From the human T2T-CHM13v2.0 reference genome, Homo sapiens, in NCBI RefSeq assembly GCF_009914755.1, contig NC_060930.1: DNA of 64,000 nucleotides; one strand, written 5' to 3'. The notes under the pieces were generated by a model, which saw only the letters and a program-made list of their open reading frames with translations, was not told where the DNA came from and did no database searches. A program made the position numbers and the translations under genes. Each line of letters begins with the position of its first letter. The first letter of the stretch is position 1. This document shows positions 1 to 12,876 of this stretch, piece by piece.

Positions 1-334
1 TGTAATATTCAGGGATAATCTCCCTAACATGGGTTAAGAGACTGTATGAACATAGATGGGAGATACAAGGAGTAGATAAAGAGGCCTCTCTCAACTACAC
101 GGTATGACTACAGCTAAAGGTAATGTGTTCACTTTCCCGCCTCCTGCACCAAGCACTGTGAAGTACCTGGCAGAAGTGCTACGTAGAAGTTTTGTTGATT
201 TTTTTTCAATTTCAGTAAAGTAAATAGAACATAGAAGAGTGATCACCCAGTATTCTCTAGGGTACACACATCATCATGATAAGAAAATTACTGCAAAAGT
301 GATTTTTGGCTGAGTTTGCCTTTAAGTTAAGATA

Positions 335-563
335 GTAGAGTAGACGAGAACTGGCTTTGGGCCCAATGCTAATGTTAAATATTAGCCCTGCCACTTACCA
401 GTGGTGTGACCTTGGACCAGTTAAACATTTCCAACCCTCATTTTCTTTATCTTTGAATCAGAGAGAATGATGGGACATTCCTCCTGTCATTGTAAGGACT
501 AAATTAGTTAATTCCTGCTGTAATGCCTAGCACATAATAAGCACTATATAAATGTTTGCTATT
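335..563 (+). mobile_element. MIR SINE remnant
   Basis: ccacttaccagtggtgtgaccttgg...cctcattttc...gcacataataagcact resembles the MIR core and tail; edges approximate. Confidence 0.7.
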
Positions 564-893
<330 letters not shown>

Positions 894-2634
894 CTACTCT
901 ATTTGGGAGACTGTATTATTAATTTTTATGCTATATTTAAGAGTTCTAATAATTAAGACCCTCTCTTTTAACTAGATTGAATATGTATGAAGTTAAATTT
1001 ACCTACTTCATCACTGTTCTTTGATCTAATCAGCCTTGTCATCAACACACACTCACTGAATGCCTACTATACATATACCCCTAAGCCACCTCTTAATGCT
1101 ACTACATATGGTGTCTAAAATTCCTCCTTGCCTCATTATATGTTTGCAGAAGGATCAACATGTATGGAACTTCATGTCTCCTGACTTTCAAGAATAAGAT
1201 CTTAACTTGCATGTTCTTGGCTAGATACTTTGTGTAACAACCCCCCCACTCAATGATTGCTTTCTTTCTTTACTTCCTCTAACTGACCTAGAATTCTTTA
1301 CACAATGCTGGCTGCTGAAAAGTTGCATGAAAAATATATAATGCCATAAGAATTCTCTTCTTACAATAGCTCCGTTATTGTTTCAGCATGGTAACAGCAT
1401 CGTTTGTCTTTCCAATCATAGGCAACACCATTACTTGTGAGGCCCATTATTTTCTCAAGAATTATACCAGCCTGCTTCTAAGTATCCATCACCTCATTCT
1501 TGTGCCCTTTATGTTTAGTGGCACAATGCAAAGGTTTTATATTAGAAGAGATCTTCAGTCACAAGCTGCTCATAAGAAACACCTGGTGTAAATGTTAACC
1601 AACATTAATCTTTTCTGTATACCTAAGGTGTTACCTGCATCAGTGAGTGCAGCTAACGATTGCTTCTTAAAATTTTTCTCCACTTTTCAAAGCTTTCATT
1701 CCCTTTGAAAAATATTAATCTTTGTATAATGGTGCTGTTTGATTTTGGCTAATCATCTTCCTTCTGTGTCTTATCTTATAAGGTAACATGTTAAGAACTT
1801 GGTCTCTATAATATTTTCTCTCCTCCTAGCTTTTGAGTTCTGGATGAAATGTGCAATCTCTTTTCTGAGATAGTTGAACCTATTTGACTTGAATTACTTA
1901 ATCTAAAATAATGCTAATCTTTGTGTTTTTTTATGGCCCTCACCCCAAAATGTAATCCCTGAAAAACCTGGAAAAGTCTTCTTTCCTTTCTTCCTAGAAG
2001 CTTTAGGGACAGCCAAATGTATTTGCTTCTTTCCTATCCACTCCAAGCCCAGCATAGTGCTTACTGAATTATTTCCAGGTCAACTGAAAACTATCAATAT
2101 TTAAATTTCTTAAGCCTGAGATTTTATAGCACACATCTTTTTTCTGGCCCAAAAGTCCATGTGCATCCCATTTTCTTACAACTAATTCAAAAAAGTAAAG
2201 CAATAGAAAAACATTTTTTCCCAATTTACTAAGTTAATAACATGTGGGAACACACAGTTCTATAGTACATTGATCAAAATCCTGTGAGAAGTGCCAAAAA
2301 TAAACTGAAGAGTTATACCCTCTTCTCTGGGAGGGTCTTATGGGTATAATTCCTTTCAATAAAGAATATGCTGAGGGCTGACCTTCTGGTAAAATGTTAC
2401 ATGCTCCCACTTAGGACCTCTTTTTGGATTCATGCAGGATTTAACCTAGAAATATCTTAGGAACCTGATGATAAGTTAATGCCCGTGTATTTCTCTATTA
2501 ATCAGAATATTTGACTAAATAGACAAGTCCTTTTTCTTCACTATATGATTTCAAGAGTTCTTAGATATGTTATTTAAATATTCATTGTTTTGGTAAATGT
2601 GTATATATTTGTCTTTGATTTGTTTATAATACAG

Positions 2635-2697
2635 GGACCTCCTGGAATACAAGGAATACACCAAACTCTTGGTGGATATTATAACAAGGATAACAAG
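2635..2697 (+). CDS. COL19A1: Exon, 63 nt, GPPGIQGIHQTLGGYYNKDNK (end of a COL domain, start of an NC linker)
   Basis: acag|GGA...AAG|gtatgg, phase 0. Confidence 0.95.
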
Positions 2698-3794
2698 GTA
2701 TGGCTTCTTTTTTCCCATAATTTATAATACATAGAAATTTTATATGATTGTATTTTTGAAAAAAAACTTATTAATTCCTAACTTCTCAGACTTTTATACA
2801 TGATCACATGTATTTAAACATCTTTCCATACTGAAAGCTATGTTTTCAAAAACAAAAATAAAAAAAGTATTCTGTTCAGTATCTTACAAATCTAGGGTTT
2901 TATCCTAATAAGTTTTTTAAAAATTTTGTTCAAAGATTGTTAATGCAAAACATTGTGTTCCACCATCAATAATATCATAGATCTAGCCTCTCTGAGGGCA
3001 GAAAGAAATTATTTGATACTTTGAAGCTCTGGGTAGCACAACAGGTGATAGACTTCTTATCAAAACCAATAGGTGTTGCGCCAAAATCTCAAGCAAATAT
3101 TTGCATACTACAGTTCAAGAATGAGAGTCCCCACCTTTCATGGGGAATTACATTCAATTTCCCCACGGTTTTTTTAAATCACATTTGGGATAGGCGGAAT
3201 GCTGACGTGGAAGTATCCAAATGGCAAAAGCAAGGGAGTTTTGTTCCAGATTCTACAAGGAGCATAATAGAGTGGCAGCCAAGAGAAGATCTAGGTGAGA
3301 TCATTGATTGATTCATCATTCAATGACAAATATTTGGGGTCTGATCACTTTGTGTGAGGCATTCTGTCCACTGATTAGGATACCTTGTATACATAATGGT
3401 TCATCATTGATTTCTTGCACCACAGAAAGAATTGGAGACACTTCCCTTTATGTCTTTCTTTTCCATGTTCTTACTTTCCCTTCCTGTAATTTTTTCTGAC
3501 AGCTGTTACTCCTCTTTGTTTAGAAATCCCAAAGAGAAGTGTCAAAAAAATTTGTTAAATGACTAGCTAATTATAAAATCCCAGTTTCTCTCTCTTCAGA
3601 ACAAGGTCAACATAAAGACTTAGATAATTTATGGTTGACAAATTTAAAATCAAATATGGAAAGTTTTTTATACTTTATAAATTTGATAGTGATGCTATTT
3701 TAAATTATCTCCTTTATTTAGGTTTTCCAGGGAGTATTATATTAGGAAGAATGTTTGGGATATATTTCATGTTTCCTTATTAAACACTTCTTTA

Positions 3795-4748
3795 ATTTCT
3801 CAACCTACTCATCTGACAAAGGGCTAATATCCAGAATCTACAATGAACTCAAACAAATTTATAAGAAAAAAACAAACAACCCCATCAAAAAGTGGGTGAA
3901 GGACATGAACAGACACTTCTCAAAAGAAGACATTTATGCAGCCAAAAAACATATGAAAAAATGCTCACCATCACTGGCCATCAGAGAAATGCAAATCAAA
4001 ACCACAGTGAGATACCATCTCACACCAGTTAGAATGGCAATCATTAAAAAGTCAGGAAACAACAGGTGCTAGAGAGGATGTGGAGAAATAGGAACACTTT
4101 TACATTGTTGGTGGGACTGTAAACTAGTTCAACCATTGTGGAAGTCAGTGTGGCGATTCCTCAGGGATCTAGAACTAGAAATACCATTTGATCCAGCCAT
4201 CCCATTACTGGGTATATACCCAATGGACTATAAATCATGCTGCTATAAAGACACATGCACACGTATGTTTATTGCGGCATTATTCACAATAGCAAAGACT
4301 TGGAACCAACCCAAATGTCCAACAATGATAGACTGGATTAAGAAAATGTGGCACATATACACCATGGAATACTATGCAGCCATAAAAAATGATGACTTCA
4401 TGTCCTTGTTAGGGACATGGATGAAATTGGAAATCATCATTCTCAGTAAACTATCGCAAGAACAAAAAACCAAACACCACATATTCTCACTCATAGGTGG
4501 GAATTGAACAATGAGAACAACACATGGACACAGGAAGGGGAATATCACACTCTGGGGACTGTTGTGGGGTCGGGGGAGGGGGGAGGGATAGCATTGGGAG
4601 ATACACCTAATGCTAGATGACGAGTTAGTGGGTGCAGCACACCAGCATGGCACGTGTATACATATGTAACTAACCTGCAATTGTGCACATGTACCCTAAA
4701 ACTTAAAGCATAATAATAATAAATTTAAAAAAAAAACTAAAAAAAAAA
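3795..4748 (+). mobile_element. 5'-truncated young L1 (L1PA2/3-like): ORF2 C-terminus, 3'UTR, poly(A)
   Basis: ORFs 3755-4072 and 4136-4507 are the L1 ORF2 C-terminus split by TGG>TAG at 4070-4072; 3'UTR has GAG rather than the L1HS-Ta ACA diagnostic. Confidence 0.95.
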
Positions 4749-4871
4749 GTGGTTTATATACACAGTGGAATATTATTTAGCCATAAAAAGAATGAAATCC
4801 TGTCATTTGCAGCAACATGGATGGAACTGGAGATCATTAAAAAATAAAATAAAATAAATAAGGAAAAAAAA
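4749..4871 (+). mobile_element. Short older-L1 ORF2-end fragment with its own A-rich tail
   Basis: gaatgaaatcctgtcatttgcagcaacatggatggaactggag is L1PB/L1MA-type and is followed by (AATAA)n/A. Confidence 0.8.
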
Positions 4872-7410
4872 CTGTACTGGCTTTTTCAAAATATTAAGGC
4901 TTAGCACAAGTGAAAAAAAGAATGCTGAAGCATGTTTAAATTTAATCAATTTAATGACACCTGTAATGACACCTGCTGTTATAAAATAGGATTTATCATA
5001 AATGCTTCAAAATAATGAGAATAAGTTGGCTCTGATGTCACAGTGTCAGCTACAAAAACTTAAAGAACACACTATATTACTATCGCCCTTGGTATAAAAT
5101 ATACCTAGTTGCTACTTAGCTACTTAAATATTTGCTATCCCTTGCAAAACTTTTAAAGCTCACATCTTTACAGGTCTCCCAACCCTACTTCTCTATACAG
5201 TTTATCTTGCTGATGAGTCAGTTTTCCCTTAAATGAAGATATATGGAGCATTTATATTTTAGAGTCTAAAGTTGAGAATGTAAATTTTTAAACTTTAAGG
5301 TTATATTTCAAAAAAAAAAAAAAAATGGGCACTGACCAGAGCAGCTGAGTGGAAAATCTTGCTAGTAACAAACCAGTACTTTGAACTTAATTATTAACTC
5401 ACCTAAAAGAACCCCAGTTATTCTTCTTGCCATTACAGAATAGAGGCTCACAGGTATTTAGTCCACGTGTTCTCTAAATGTGACTTTAAAGCTGGAATAT
5501 GACTGGATAAACAGAAAGGAGTATAGCTGTTATCCCAAATGATGCACTATAACCATTTAGCATTAGAGGCTTTAGATCCATCTGTGAATTAAGAGACAAT
5601 AACTTACCAAACACTTTATTCTGTTTCCTTTGGGAGTAGTTAGAGCCCTTACACCAAGGCCCCACCAAGAAGGATGGAGGTGGTGGGACCCACTTTCCCA
5701 GCACCCACACTGCCCCATGCTTCTGTATTGTAACCACCTCCTCCTCACCCTCAGCTTCATAAGGGAAAAGCCAAATGTGCTATGATGAGCACGATGCATG
5801 TTTTCCATTGGCATTGTCTCCACCACCTACCCCTGTCTGTTTTTGGACACTGAGATTGCAATTTGTAGTGTGCCAGATGGTCTGACTGTAGCAAATAAGC
5901 ACAGAGAAGTGGGGCCTGAGTGAAACCTTCCTAGAGATTAAATAATGGACCATGTATTGAGACATAGCAAGTGACACTCCAAGGTTAAAATAATCTTCCC
6001 TTTTAAATTGGCATTGATTTATGTGATGTCTGCACTGGAGCCCTAGACCTCAGCTCTTCAACTCACAGTGGCTTCAACAGTCACACAGCCCAGATTCTGC
6101 TGAAGCAACTACCCATGGGAGAATGAGTAACAGACTACTCATAAACTGCCCCTCCTCATTCCGAGCTCAGAGAGCCCATGGTTCATTTTCCGGTCCCAGG
6201 ATCCTCACTTGCCCTCTGGCCCCCATATAGGAACTGATCTTTTCCTCTGCTATTTTCCTTATGTCATCTGGAGGGAGAAGCTCAGGTATGAGAAACCCTC
6301 TCTCCTCACAGCACAAATCCAAAAAGGGATGGAGAAGGAAAAAAAAAGCAAATGAGGAAGAAAAAAAAAGCAAATGAGGAATAGAGAGACAGCCTAAGGA
6401 GTGAGGTCAGGAAGATGGATATGAGTGTGTTTATGTGGATTTTTGCATGCCTACTTATGGATGCAAAGAATAAAAGGTAGATTTCTCTCTCTATCACAAA
6501 AATAATGTGCAAAACAGCTGCTCCCATTCTGCAAGATTGTTCGCAAAGAAGCAACAATGCTGAGCATATTCTTCCCCTCAAGGAAAATCTGCTCATGTTC
6601 CAGTAAACTGCACTTCATTGTTTCCAGCTCTGGGGGTTTTAATAAAAATTTGATAGGCTCTGTCAACTACTGAAGCCATCAGACCCACAGTTCCTTACTA
6701 CACTTTAAATGGAGAAAAAAAAATACGTTTTATCTGCGGAGGCCAAGTGCTGGTGGATTTTATATTTGATGTTGTTTTTAAAGCTCCATATTGAAAATGC
6801 AGAGTTGTGTTATCTTACATCACCACACTCGGTCTCAGCTGTTGGAGATTTATGCTGTGCCTCCCAGCAACCAATTCTTGTATTCATTTCTCCAAATTAT
6901 TGATCCAAAAAAAAAAAAACCAATTTGCTAGCAAAATAATCTATTTTTCTTTTCACATATTAAATCATAACTTCACTTTAATATCCACAGACTAGAAAGG
7001 ACAGAAAGCCTTTATCCAAAATCCAATAGACAAGGCCTTTCCAAGCAGTGAGTTAAACCCAACGATGGCATATAAAGTGTAGGCTCCCTTGGAGACACTG
7101 CAGGCAACCTTCCTGGGCCCAGAAGATTGAGAAATAAAGTTTAGGTTCTAACTTCATTGCTCTCCTTCTCTGTGCCCCAGGCTCCACTGGCTTTGAGGAA
7201 CGTTGTGGACTTAGGCACAGACATATGGACTTTCAGATGTTGGTTTGATTACAGACAGCCCCCCAACTCACCTGAGTCTTCCCTTCCTTTCATGACCCTC
7301 CACACTTGCGGCTGGTGAAATGGTTTTTTGCAGATAACTAAGAGGTTCGGCTTTGAGCCAGCCTTAGGCCTTATTTTCAAGTGAGCACAGCTTTCCTAGC
7401 CCACATATTA

Positions 7411-7605
7411 TGTTTTAACTTGCTAGGGCTGCCACAACAAAATATCACAAACTGAGTGGCCTAAACAACACAAATATATCATCTCACAGTTCTGGGGGCC
7501 AGAAGTCAAGATGAAGGCGTTGTCAGGACCACGTTATCTCCAAAGGCACTAGGGAGGAATATCTTCCAGGTCTCTCTCCTAGCCTCTGGTGGTTCCTTGG
7601 CCATC
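7411..7605 (-). mobile_element. MLT1-type MaLR LTR fragment
   Basis: ctagggctgccacaacaaaatatcacaaactgagtggc...ctcacagttctgg. Confidence 0.8.
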
Positions 7606-8296
7606 TTCACTTCAAACTATAGCAATAGTGATCTGAATGGGTACCTCTGTATATTTTGTTGTCTAAATATTTCTGTACCTTTTAAGTTTTCTATCAGCAC
7701 ATGTATTTTTAATCAGAAAAATAAACTTAATGGAAAAACCACATGATTAGAGATTACTGGCTCATTTGCCCAACAGATATTTATTGAATGCCAGGGGAGG
7801 CTTTCATGAATGGCATTTCATAATAGTTGAGACTTGATTAATGACTAGTTTCTGGCCAGACAAAAAGGTGAGGGCAAAGAGTGGTGATCTGGAGGCTGAG
7901 ATGGGAATGACCTTGGTCAGTTTAGGGAGCTGAAAAAAGACCATGACAGCTGAAACTTCTGAGGAAGAAGAGTGACCAACATGATGCTGGAGAGGGAAAT
8001 GAGTTCAGGTCATGCAGAGATTTGAAGGTGATATTAAAGTTTTGAGAAATGGAGGCCAGAATGTCTTTTGAAGGTATTTCTCTGATCTTATGTAGAGAAT
8101 ATGTGTGTCAGGAAAGCAAGAGTGGATTGTAAAAGGCCAGTTAGAGACTCACTGCAATCCTGGCAAGACATGATGGTGGGCTGCCTGGGTATAGGCAGGT
8201 TGACTCTGTCTCTTAAGAGAAGAGAAAACATTTGGGGAGACAGAGTCAACCAAACTGGATGACTGATCATATACAAGGAATAAGGATGAGGGTGAT

Positions 8297-8648
8297 TATA
8301 TTAGTCTGTTTTCATGCTGCTGATAAAGACATACCCTAGACTGGGCAATTTACAAAAGGAAAACGTTTCATGGACTCACAATTCCATGTAGCTGGGGAGG
8401 CCTCATAATCATGGTGGAAGGTGAAAGGCACGTCTAACATGGTGGCAGACATCAGAAGAGTTTGTGCAGGGAAACTTCCCTTTATAAAAGCATCAGATCT
8501 CATGAGACTTATTCACTATCATGAGAATAGCACAGGAAAGACTCACACCCATGATTCAATTACTTCCCACTGGGTCCCTCCCACAACATGTGGGAATTGT
8601 GGGAGCTACAATTCTAGATGAGATTTGGGTGGGGACACAGCCGAATCA
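8297..8648 (-). mobile_element. THE1(B-like) MaLR solo LTR
   Basis: attagtctgttttcatgctgctgataaagacatacc...gatgagatttgggtggggacacagcc. Confidence 0.92.
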
Positions 8649-8937
8649 AGTGGTATTGAGAATGACACTCAGAGAGGAAGAGTTCAGGTTTTCTTTCTTT
8701 CCTTAATTGTTTTCAATTGTAGAATGGAATTCCTGCTCAATTTAACAAGAAAAACTCCAGAGATACATTAGAAAAAACTGATTCTTTTTCTCCCATTTCT
8801 GTACTAAACAATGTTAGCAGCGTGATGTAACTCTATTTTGTTCTCTCATATGTGTATTTGTTGCATTTTTTGTTTCAGTTTTAAACTTGTTGACTATGAA
8901 TTGCTTCTAGAATTTACAAGTACATACATCAAGTAGA

Positions 8938-9046
8938 AAATTAGATATATGGGTCTAAAATTCCTAAGGGAAGTATATGCGGGGAATATAAATTAGATAT
9001 ATGGGTCTAAAACTCAGAAGGGAAGTATATGCTGGGTTTATAAATT
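8938..9046. repeat. 52-bp tandem duplication (2 copies)
   Basis: aaattagatatatgggtctaaaa...agggaagtatatgc at 8938 and 8990. Confidence 0.9.
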
Positions 9047-9373
9047 TGGCTGTGTAAATATTACCTAAGCCACAAAGGTAAATAAGAGTGCTGGGGAGAA
9101 AGTGTTGAGTCACAAAGAAGAAAATCCTGAGGAAATCCAACCTCTAACAGATGAGGGAAGACGAAGTCACAGAGATAGGAAGAAACCAGGAGAGTAAGCT
9201 ATCATACAAGCCAAGAGAGTGACAAGTGTAGCAAGAAGGTCGATTACTGAAGAGTCCATTAGAGTAAGCAGCAAAGATATTATTATTAACATTAGAGGGC
9301 CACATCAGTGGACTGATCGGGGCCAGTGTCAAATACATATGTGTTTAGGAGTAAACAGGAGTTACATAAGTGG

Positions 9374-9919
9374 TGTCAAATAAAAAATTGCACCTGACAA
9401 AGTTAAACAGGCAAGGAAGACATTATTCAAGGCTATTGCAATAGGAGAGAGAAGGTAGACTTAGTCTGAGCTCAATTCCACTGAAACAAAGTTCAGGAGA
9501 GTTTTTAAGTATTGATGTAAGAAAGAGAACACACTTCCTTGTGTTTGCTAATTGGCTTTACCCAAAGGAAGAGTAAACTTTCTCATATCTTTGTGACAGG
9601 AAGAAGGTTTACAACTTGGCACAAGGCTGAAGTTAGGCTCCTACCCTCCCACAGAGCCTGGAAGATAGTGGCACTATCTTCTCCATGATTACATTTTAAA
9701 GGGATGGCTCCCAGATCCTTGAGAAAGACGTTCCCAGATTGTAAAACTAACAGGAGGCTTTTAGAAAGATTTACATCTCAAAGGGATAGTGAAAGAACTT
9801 ACAAATACAGATTTTCTAAAGCGATTGGTCTAGAAAAAGAGAGATCAGGGTATGGAATTAGGAACAAGCCTGTCCAAAGTTGATTCCAGCTGAGGGAAAC
9901 ATTAAGGCTGTCTTGGTCA
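9374..9919 (-). mobile_element. ERV1-class solo LTR (MER67/MER31-like)
   Basis: TG...CA termini, 4-bp TSD GTGG at 9370-9373 and 9920-9923. Confidence 0.8.
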
Positions 9920-10322
9920 GTGGACGCAAAAAGCACTAACTACCCTTTTGAGAAAATTGTCCAGAAATGGGAGGAAAGAGAGTAACTTAAGGGAAATGTG
10001 TGCTGGGGAACTATATGCTCTTTGTGTGTTAAGTTTAAAGAAGGTAGAATAGGTAGGTAGTCAGAGAGAGAAAGAGAAGTGTTAAAGAAATTGGCCAATT
10101 TTAGCTACATTTTACTTAACTTTACCAAATTGGCCAATTTCACCTGATAGCAATAGGTAACATTAATAAGGAAAATCTCCTAAGAAGGCAGAAGGCATGG
10201 GAATCAGAGGATTTATAGAGGAAACAGCCATGATAAGAGATGAGACAGCTCATTAACTACACCCAGATGTGCATGCACATGGGTTGGTACATTCATTAGC
10301 AGGAATTAGAAGTGGTGACTGA

Positions 10323-10467
10323 AGCCTGGCGCAGTCGCTCATGCCTGCAATCCCAGCTCTTACGGAGGCAGAGGCAGGAGGATAGCTTGAGCCCAGGAGT
10401 TCAAGACCTGCCTGGGCAATATACTGAGACACCATTCTCCACAAAAAGGAAAAAAATAAAATAAAAT
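10323..10467 (+). pseudogene. BC200 (BCYRN1)-derived monomeric retrocopy
   Basis: Single Alu arm with BC200 diagnostics (cccagctct, ggatagcttgagcccagg, gacctgcctgggcaatata, ttctccacaaaaaggaaaaaa); TSD aagtggtg(a/c)ctga at 10310-10322 and 10468-10480. Confidence 0.85.
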
Positions 10468-10935
10468 AAGTGGTGCCTGAGAACTTGCATTTTTTTCAGT
10501 GTAGTTACAGGCAAGGTCACTTGCCCAAGGACTGTAGAGTCTAATGTAGTGGTCTGAGAACAATAAAGAAGACTTGAGAATAGGGAGAGCAGATCAGAGA
10601 TGCTCAGATACATGGAGAGGCCAGTTGAAGTGGCCAGATGTGGATTTGGAGTAGTGAGTATTTATCCCCAGAGGTGTGATGTTTCTCCAGAAGCAATCTC
10701 CTTAAGAAGTCACAAAGAAGATGCATGGGGTGTCCAAAGCTGGAATTATTTAGAAGAATATTTAACAGGAATATTTAACAACAGGCGAGAGAGACAAAGA
10801 TGTCTGCACAAATGACCTAGTATCCATAAAAAGCGGTTACAGAACTATTATCTGACTGCTTATACTGTTACAGATTGAATGTGTTAAAAATTAGCGGATT
10901 TTTCTTTTGTATTTTAAATTGTTTTTCACCCCTAG

Positions 10936-11280
<345 letters not shown>

Positions 11281-12876
11281 TAATCAGATTTTCAAAGTGA
11301 ATAGAAGGGCCCAGTATTTTATACGGACTTACACATTCCCACGTAGGGGGCAGCCCCCTGGCAGCAGTTGGGTTGCATCACTGGGAGGGTGTCCAGCCTG
11401 CAGTGGGCAGGGGCCTCCGCCTGCCTCCTGACCAGGCAGTAGGATTCGAATCTGCTTCAGGGTCCAGCAAGGACTGCTGAGTAGCAGTTGGCTATAAGAA
11501 AGAGAACATATCAAGGGGAAATTACTGTAATAAGAAAAATGAAATCAGGACACAAGACTTGTTTTGTAATTAAATGTGAATCCGTGTAGGTGGCAAAAAC
11601 AATCTGAAGACCCCTTTGGCAAAATGCCTCAAGCCCAGGCTCACTATTTTGTGTCTTCCTAATTACCAAAACATAAGCTGCCCTGGCAGCCATTTTTGGT
11701 GGGGTTTTATACTGTCCAGTAGTGGTTTAACCAAATAATTATTTCAAAATAGTTTTAAAACTAAGACACTGATAAATTTCCGTTGCATTCCCCTTGTCAT
11801 TTGCAGGTTTAATTATCATAGCTGTAAAGATGACAGATTCACTTCCCCATTCAATAAGATGTTTCACTCCTGTTTGATTCTGAAATTGTAATGACCTTGG
11901 ATTCCATGTGAATGTGCCATTGTCAGAAAAAAAATGCACATTAAATCTACAGGCAGAGATGAGTAGTTTGAAAATACTCTGAGGGAATGTGGCCTGTGAG
12001 TGCTACTTTCATTCATTCACCTGTAAAAATTCTCTAGATTGAGGGCAGGGGATTTTGACATGAATCCAAGAAAATATGACTTCTGTGTCTTATAAATCAG
12101 TGCAACCAATCCATTCAAAAAGTCGTACACCCATCACCAGAAGTTACTGCTAAAAGATAGTCTCACCAGAAACTAGGAGCTTCTTACAGATTGATGATTG
12201 AAAATGAAATTTTCTGCTAAATAAATAAATAAAGGCTTGACATTCTGAAAAAGACATCCAAAAATTGATTATACAGCAATGATAAGTCATTTGTGTGAGT
12301 TAGATTTTATTGCTAGTACATTAACATTATTTCCTGTAACCTAATAGCTAACAGAAACCATACGCCACCATAACCAACGCATTACATTTTAAGCAATGAC
12401 TTCTGGACATATGCAGGCTAAGGGGAAAAAAAAGGAAAAGAAAGCCACAAAGCTTGTCACATAGGACAGCTGAGCAAAGAAGAGTGTTGTGACTTTTAAA
12501 GTATTTAAATGATGATTCATTTCTTGAAACAAAACAGCTGGGTTCTGTTTTGCTGTGTTCATTAGGAAACATATGTTACTTAGACATTCTTAAGACCTCA
12601 CTGATGAGAAATTTGATTCTGTAAAACAGGTGTGTTTCAAACTCTAAGGACCTTTTCTATTGCTCAAAATCTTTTCTAATTGCTTCAGAATCTTAAGTAG
12701 AATTAGGAAAAGCCAGTGGCATAACTGTTCCCTCCTCTCACTCAAATAAATAACACAGAAAAGTCTACAGGGAACTTGATGCAGTACATGATATAAAGAG
12801 ACACATAAAAAAACTTTTAAAAAGCGTGATTAACAGGAAATTGCCAATAAACAATGCATAAAATAAACAAAAATTA

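Larger units (their letters stand above)
7760..10800 (-). mobile_element. Fragmented L2 LINE hosting later insertions
   Basis: L2 tail-like cat...aacagatatttattgaatgcc followed by degenerate purine-rich L2 body between the nested elements; boundaries approximate. Confidence 0.55.

Noticed and set aside
3755-4507. Two protein-like ORFs (105 and 123 aa)
   Set aside because: They are the L1 ORF2 C-terminus of a 5'-truncated element broken by a nonsense codon; not a host gene and not retrotransposition-competent.
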